From Phormidesmis sp. (lineage in GTDB: Bacteria; Cyanobacteriota; Cyanobacteriia; Leptolyngbyales; Leptolyngbyaceae), in contig CBDFJR010000002.1 of NCBI GenBank assembly GCA_965248535.1, positions 128,001-192,000 of the forward strand: DNA of 64,000 bases. Direction: 5' to 3'. Under the pieces are notes generated by a model. That model was not told the origin of the DNA, did no database searches, and saw only the letters and a list, made by a program, of their open reading frames with translations. Of the stretch, positions 59,488-64,000 are shown piece by piece; position 1 is the stretch's first letter; each line of letters begins with the position of its first letter. The position numbers were made by a program, and so were the translations under genes.

Positions 59488-60195
59488 ATGAATCGATGCC
59501 TGATCAATGCCCCAAACGTCAGCGCTCTCTCACGGTGGGGGCTGTTTTGCGGCACCTTTGGGTTAGTGTGTCTGAGCGGTTTGAGTGCTCAAAGCTTTGA
59601 TGTTGACCGTGCTTTAACCATATCGCAAGCTTCCCCTTCGCAGCCTTCTAATTCTGTAGCGGCCGGTGAGAGAATGGGTCGAGCGATTTTGAGATCGGGC
59701 AGTCGGGGCACTGATGTTAACGAGCTTCAAGCCACCCTAAGACTGCTGGGGTTTTATGACGGCGCGGTAGATGGCTTTTTTGGAGACAGCACCGTCGCGG
59801 CGGTGGGGCGATTTCAAGAAGCGGCTGGGGTCGGCAAAGACGGCATTGTCGGGCCCGCCACCTGGGAGCGCCTGTTTCCTCCTGACGTGATCGTGCCCAC
59901 TCCGACCGTTACCCCCCGCGCCCCTGACCTGACGCGATCGGGCGAGACGACTCCTAAACCGCAGCCCGCAGTGGCTCCTACGTCTGCCGCTTTTCCCATT
60001 CTCAGAAAAGGCATGAGTGGCGATGCCGTGAGAGGATTGCAGGAACGGCTACGATCGCTAGGCGTGTTTGAAGGCACGATAGACGGTGCGTTTGGTGAAG
60101 CCACCGAAACCGCAGTTAAAGCGGCGCAGCGCAAATATCAGCTTGATCCCGATGGTGTGGTGGGGCCCGGCACCTGGAGCGCAATTTTGCGCTAA
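59488..60195 (+). CDS. Secreted peptidoglycan-binding domain protein (two PG_binding_1 domains)
   Basis: Two L..G..G..V..LQ..L..LG...G..DG.FG..T..AV...Q...DG.VGP.TW repeats. Confidence 0.9.
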   Translation: MNRCLINAPNVSALSRWGLFCGTFGLVCLSGLSAQSFDVDRALTISQASPSQPSNSVAAGERMGRAILRSGSRGTDVNELQATLRLLGFYDGAVDGFFGDSTVAAVGRFQEAAGVGKDGIVGPATWERLFPPDVIVPTPTVTPRAPDLTRSGETTPKPQPAVAPTSAAFPILRKGMSGDAVRGLQERLRSLGVFEGTIDGAFGEATETAVKAAQRKYQLDPDGVVGPGTWSAILR

Positions 60196-60580
60196 AACGA
60201 GATTTTTTTGATGATTATTTCGTCTGATTAACTGATATAAACTTTGTCAAACAAGAGCGCTTTAATTCTGATTTAGGTGATAGCTTAAACATAGACACAA
60301 AAGAAGCAAAGCGCTTCTCTCACCAAACACTTTCGATTAAGGCGTGTGTCTCCTGCTTTAATCAAATTGCAGAGCCTGATTCTGTTGATAATGATTTCAA
60401 AGATTAGTTTGAAGAAGTCTCACTTCACTTCAGATTTAAATATTTGAGACTTAAACTCTTCGCTAAAAGTGCAGCCTGAATTGGCTGAAAATCTGGTCAA
60501 TAAGCGGTGCTGTTGCAACGTCAACCCTACTTTATCCTTCATTGATTGATCCAACTAAAGCTGTTTAGTCTACTGCTCTT

Positions 60581-60612
60581 AAAGGGTCTAGCCATCTTCT
60601 GCTAGACCCTTT
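60581..60612. terminator. Intrinsic terminator hairpin
   Basis: Perfect 12-bp stem AAAGGGTCTAGC / GCTAGACCCTTT, 8-nt loop, downstream of the DUF4168 gene. Confidence 0.7.
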
Positions 60613-60666
60613 GCCGTTTAAATCGTGATGCGTTGAGCATGAAACTCGCTGTGTAGAACCCAGTGC

Positions 60667-61158
60667 CTACTTTTGCTGAACGAATTTTTGAATCTCCTGA
60701 CGCAATTGAGGATTTTTTTGGGCGGCTTCAAAAATTTGGTTAAAGCGCGGCACGTCTAACCCTTGAGCTTGAACTGCTTTCTCCATCTTGGTATCACTGT
60801 CTTTTTGAATCTGCATCAGTTTGGTCACTACCCGATCGTAGCCTTGCCGCTCTTTGGGCTGAATTTGAACCGTAGGCACGACCTTGGGATCTCGCTGCGA
60901 CTTATAGATTTCGTCAAATCGCTGTTCGGTTAACCCTTCACCTTTGAGGGCTTGTGCCGCCTCTGTTTCAGATGCCCGGTTGATCACCAAAATCTGCTTA
61001 ATCGCACTCGCAAATTTCTGCACTTCTTCTTTGCTGACGGGGGTGGTTGGGGTTGCCTGGGGCGCAGGAGCCGGGCCCGGAGTCTGTGCCTGAGCCGGGA
61101 AGTGAGCAGCACCGACTAAGACAGCCGTGCAGCAAGCAACCAAAACACGTTTGACCAT
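60667..61158 (-). CDS. DUF4168 domain secreted protein
   Basis: Signal peptide; VS..EVQKFA.A; two GL...RF..I repeats. Confidence 0.8.
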   Translation of the reverse strand: MVKRVLVACCTAVLVGAAHFPAQAQTPGPAPAPQATPTTPVSKEEVQKFASAIKQILVINRASETEAAQALKGEGLTEQRFDEIYKSQRDPKVVPTVQIQPKERQGYDRVVTKLMQIQKDSDTKMEKAVQAQGLDVPRFNQIFEAAQKNPQLRQEIQKFVQQK

Positions 61159-61551
61159 GTTGAATTCTCCATAGACGTTAGGGGTGAGCTTGTGCCAACT
61201 CTGCATTTCAAGGCTGCTGATCGACAACGGCTTTGAGATCAATAGTGACGCACCCTGACCAATGGTATCGAGAATTATCTAAATCAACATCCGCTCGTGA
61301 CAGTTCTCTAGAGTATCTCGCGATCGCTCGATTTCTCTCTCTGGGCATAGGTGGGCGATCGCAAGTCAGAACCCTTGACAGAGATAACTTTTTGAGCGCG
61401 CCGATACAAGTTAGAGACGCAGGTGACGTGATGGATCACTTGACGTTTCTATCGAGAGACCGCTTAAATCTAGCGCAGGTTCCATCTATTGACCCTCTTG
61501 AGGTCAGACAAAAGCCACTGCGTCTACACCATTACGCACGAGTTAACCTCT

Positions 61552-61920
61552 ATGCAGTCTGCTGATTTTACTCCGCCCGCCGACTCTCTTATTCTTGCTC
61601 AATCGTCCCTGACTGAATCTCGTCCTTTATCTGCATCTCAAAGTACGGCGATCGTGACTCAAGATGCAGCACTGTTAATCATTCCGCTTGGCTTTGTAGC
61701 CATCTGGGCAGCCGTAGTCTGTGTATTATCTAACACTTGGAAGCCCAGTCGCAAAGAGACTGAAAATAGCAAACACACGGCTCAACTTCCCTGTAAAAAG
61801 TGCGTTTACTTTAACAATAATCCCTATATAAAATGTGCGGCTAACCCCCATATTGCGATGACAAAAGCTGCCAAAGATTGTGGTGATTTTCACTTGCGAG
61901 ATAGCAAGCCACTGCGTTGA
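61552..61920 (+). CDS. Single-TM protein with C-terminal Cys4 motif
   Basis: TM then PCKKCVYF....YIKCA.NP........CGDF. Confidence 0.7.
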   Translation: MQSADFTPPADSLILAQSSLTESRPLSASQSTAIVTQDAALLIIPLGFVAIWAAVVCVLSNTWKPSRKETENSKHTAQLPCKKCVYFNNNPYIKCAANPHIAMTKAAKDCGDFHLRDSKPLR

Positions 61921-62001
61921 GAAGCCATCTCAAACTAGGGGTCAGCAGGGAGGATTGATGATGGGTTAGATGGGTTAGCGATCGCGCAACTTCGGCTAAT
62001 G

Positions 62002-62029
62002 CTGGGTTTCATGCTTTAACCCAACCTAC
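62002..62029 (-). repeat. GTAG-type REP palindrome
   Basis: Reverse strand GTAGGTTGGGTTAAAGCATGAAACCCAG. Confidence 0.55.
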
Positions 62030-62278
62030 GAGCATCTTCATCAGCAATAAACTTTCTTGAGTTGCTGTAGGGGTTTCAGCGTTTAAGAGCGCAACTCCAA
62101 GCTTCAAACGGGTGGTAAGTCTCTAACGATCGTTCCGGGTCAAGCTAGTCCATAGGTGGATCTTGATCAAGAAGGCACTGTTCACTGACTGATCGCGTCA
62201 GCTTTGCCTGTAGACTAAAGGGCTAGAAAAGTTTGACCCTTTACTCTTAACGATCACGATTTAAACGCTCAGTGATTC

Positions 62279-63484
62279 ATGCCTATAAAATTGCGGTTGG
62301 TGCTTCAAGGTGGGCGGCAATGGGTTTGCCATCTCCTCCCCCTGCTGTTTGTGATGTCGCTGGTGGTGGTCTTGCTGGTCGGTCGGGTGGCTTCTCCTGC
62401 GATCGGGCAAGATGCCCGTCAAGAGATTCGAGGGGTTTGGATGACCCTTAACGATATGGACGTTCTCAAAGATCGGCTCAAACTGCAAGATGCCATTCAC
62501 CAACTGCGACAGCTAAACTTCAACACGGTCTATCCCGTTGTGTGGAACTCTGGCTATGTGATGTATCCCAGCGCGGTGGCCCAACGCACCGGAATCCAAC
62601 CCTTTGTTTACACAGGCTCGACTGGGCAAGACATCATCGCCGATGTGACGGCTCAAGTCCATCAGCAAGGTTTATTGGTTATTCCCTGGTTTGAGTTTGG
62701 GTTGATGGCTCCTCCCACGTCAGAGTTGGCTTTAAGCCACCCCGATTGGCTCACTCAAAAGCGAGATGGCAGTCAAACCTCGGTGAGTGGTGCGGGTGAA
62801 GTGATGTGGTTAAATCCATTTCTCCCTAGCGTTCAACAATTTATTACCGATCTGGTTATTGAAATTGTTACTCAATACGATGTCGATGGCATTCAGTTTG
62901 ACGATCACATGAGTCTGCCCTATGAGTTTGGCTACGATGACTATACGATCGCGCTGTACCTCAAAGAAACTAAAAAAGCGCCGCCCGCAAATGCCTCTGA
63001 TGCTGCCTGGGTGCGATGGCGTGCCAACAAAATTACGGCATTTATGACCCAGCTAAACCAGGCGATAAAAGCCAGAAAGCCCAACGCGATCGTGTCGGTT
63101 TCGCCTAACTACTTTGACTTTGCTTACCGATTTCACCTACAAGACTGGCTGAGTTGGGTGCGCCAAGACCTAGTTGATGAATTGATTGTGCAGGTTTATC
63201 GTCCTGATTTGCAGAGTTTCACTGAGCAAATTAGTCGATCAGAGATTCAAGAAGCTCAACAAAAAATTCCCACGGGCATCGGCATCATGGCTGGGTTGAG
63301 AAATAGCCCCGTTTCGATCAGTCAGATTCAGTCTCAGGCGCGGGCCGCCCACGATCGTGAGTTGGGTACATCTTTTTTCTACTACGAAAGCTTGTGGAAC
63401 AATGCCTCCGAATCGGTCAGCGATCGCCAGTCTGGGTTTCAAGCCATTTTTGCGGCTCCTGCGCTACGATCGGCGATCAAATAG
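62279..63484 (+). CDS. Glycoside hydrolase-like family 10 (GHL10/DUF187) protein
   Basis: EIRGVW, NFNTVYP.V, PWFEFG, WLNP..P.V, YDVDGIQFDDH, QDW..W. Confidence 0.88.
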   Translation: MPIKLRLVLQGGRQWVCHLLPLLFVMSLVVVLLVGRVASPAIGQDARQEIRGVWMTLNDMDVLKDRLKLQDAIHQLRQLNFNTVYPVVWNSGYVMYPSAVAQRTGIQPFVYTGSTGQDIIADVTAQVHQQGLLVIPWFEFGLMAPPTSELALSHPDWLTQKRDGSQTSVSGAGEVMWLNPFLPSVQQFITDLVIEIVTQYDVDGIQFDDHMSLPYEFGYDDYTIALYLKETKKAPPANASDAAWVRWRANKITAFMTQLNQAIKARKPNAIVSVSPNYFDFAYRFHLQDWLSWVRQDLVDELIVQVYRPDLQSFTEQISRSEIQEAQQKIPTGIGIMAGLRNSPVSISQIQSQARAAHDRELGTSFFYYESLWNNASESVSDRQSGFQAIFAAPALRSAIK

Positions 63485-63549
63485 GGGAGCGTTCCCCAAA
63501 ATGACAAATGCCTTACCATAAAGGCGGGCGAGTCGTGAATGAACCGATT

Positions 63550-64000
63550 ATGGCAAAGCGCAAAAAAGATAACCTACGGTGGATCAAAGAAACCCTCGAA
63601 CTCAAGGCCGACCATCGCTGGCAGTGCAGCCCCGGCTACAAGGTGTTTGTTGCCGATCGGGGGGCCGTCCGCTTTGATGTGCCTCAAAACTGGTTTTTTG
63701 AGCCAGACACTAAATCGTTTAAGTTTCTCGATCGCCAGCCTCCTGACGATGACTGCCGTCTCGAAATGTCGTTTAATCGCCTGCCTGAAGGAGATTGGAG
63801 TCTGTTTCCTCTCAAGCACACGCTGCAAAAAATTTTGCAAGATGACAAACGCGAGGTGATTGAGCGAGGCGACGTGATCACCCTCAAACGCCAAACAGCC
63901 CGCATCGTCTGGGCAGAAATTAAATTCATTGACGTTCAAGACCGTCGAGAAGCCTTTTCGCGCACTTGCATTGGCTTAGGGTCAAACGTCCAATGCCTAA
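63550..64000 (+). CDS. Conserved hypothetical protein, 3' truncated by window edge
   Basis: Open frame MAKRKKDNLRWIKETLELK...GYKVFVADRGAVRFDVPQNW...PPDDDCRLE continuing to the window end; not in the ORF track because it has no stop. Confidence 0.7.
   Translation, partial: MAKRKKDNLRWIKETLELKADHRWQCSPGYKVFVADRGAVRFDVPQNWFFEPDTKSFKFLDRQPPDDDCRLEMSFNRLPEGDWSLFPLKHTLQKILQDDKREVIERGDVITLKRQTARIVWAEIKFIDVQDRREAFSRTCIGLGSNVQCL

Overview
Chromosomal window from a filamentous-type cyanobacterium (dense GCGATCGC/HIP1 octamers, Psb32, LabA, a DXCF cyanobacteriochrome). Most of it is housekeeping or conserved cyanobacterial DNA: the tail of a Nit1C nitrilase cluster, a desaturase, a hybrid photosensory kinase, mrdA, tRNA-Cys, URC1/URC4-type genes, comM, purB, ureEF, dnaG and leuA. 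The standout is a HIP1-poor accessory block (~26.2-34.4 kb). It is a chromosomal integron: intI at 33466-34431 with a divergent array bounded by attC sites. The array carries three two-gene modules: (1) a small helical protein and a membrane-anchored SH3-like protein that share an identical N-terminal SGQIGQAGRDL motif, a candidate undescribed transmembrane amyloid-signalling system; (2) a PRTase + DprA pair resembling ShosTA; (3) a Bell-like protein and a membrane NACHT NTPase sharing a 23-aa amyloid-like motif. One attC is split by a 700-nt ORF-less group IIC-attC intron. Also present are an AAA ATPase + TPR pair with a garbled 120-bp repeat array, several MITE/REP elements and 10-bp-phased repeats beside tRNA-Cys. 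All family assignments come from motif recognition by eye; no database searches were run.
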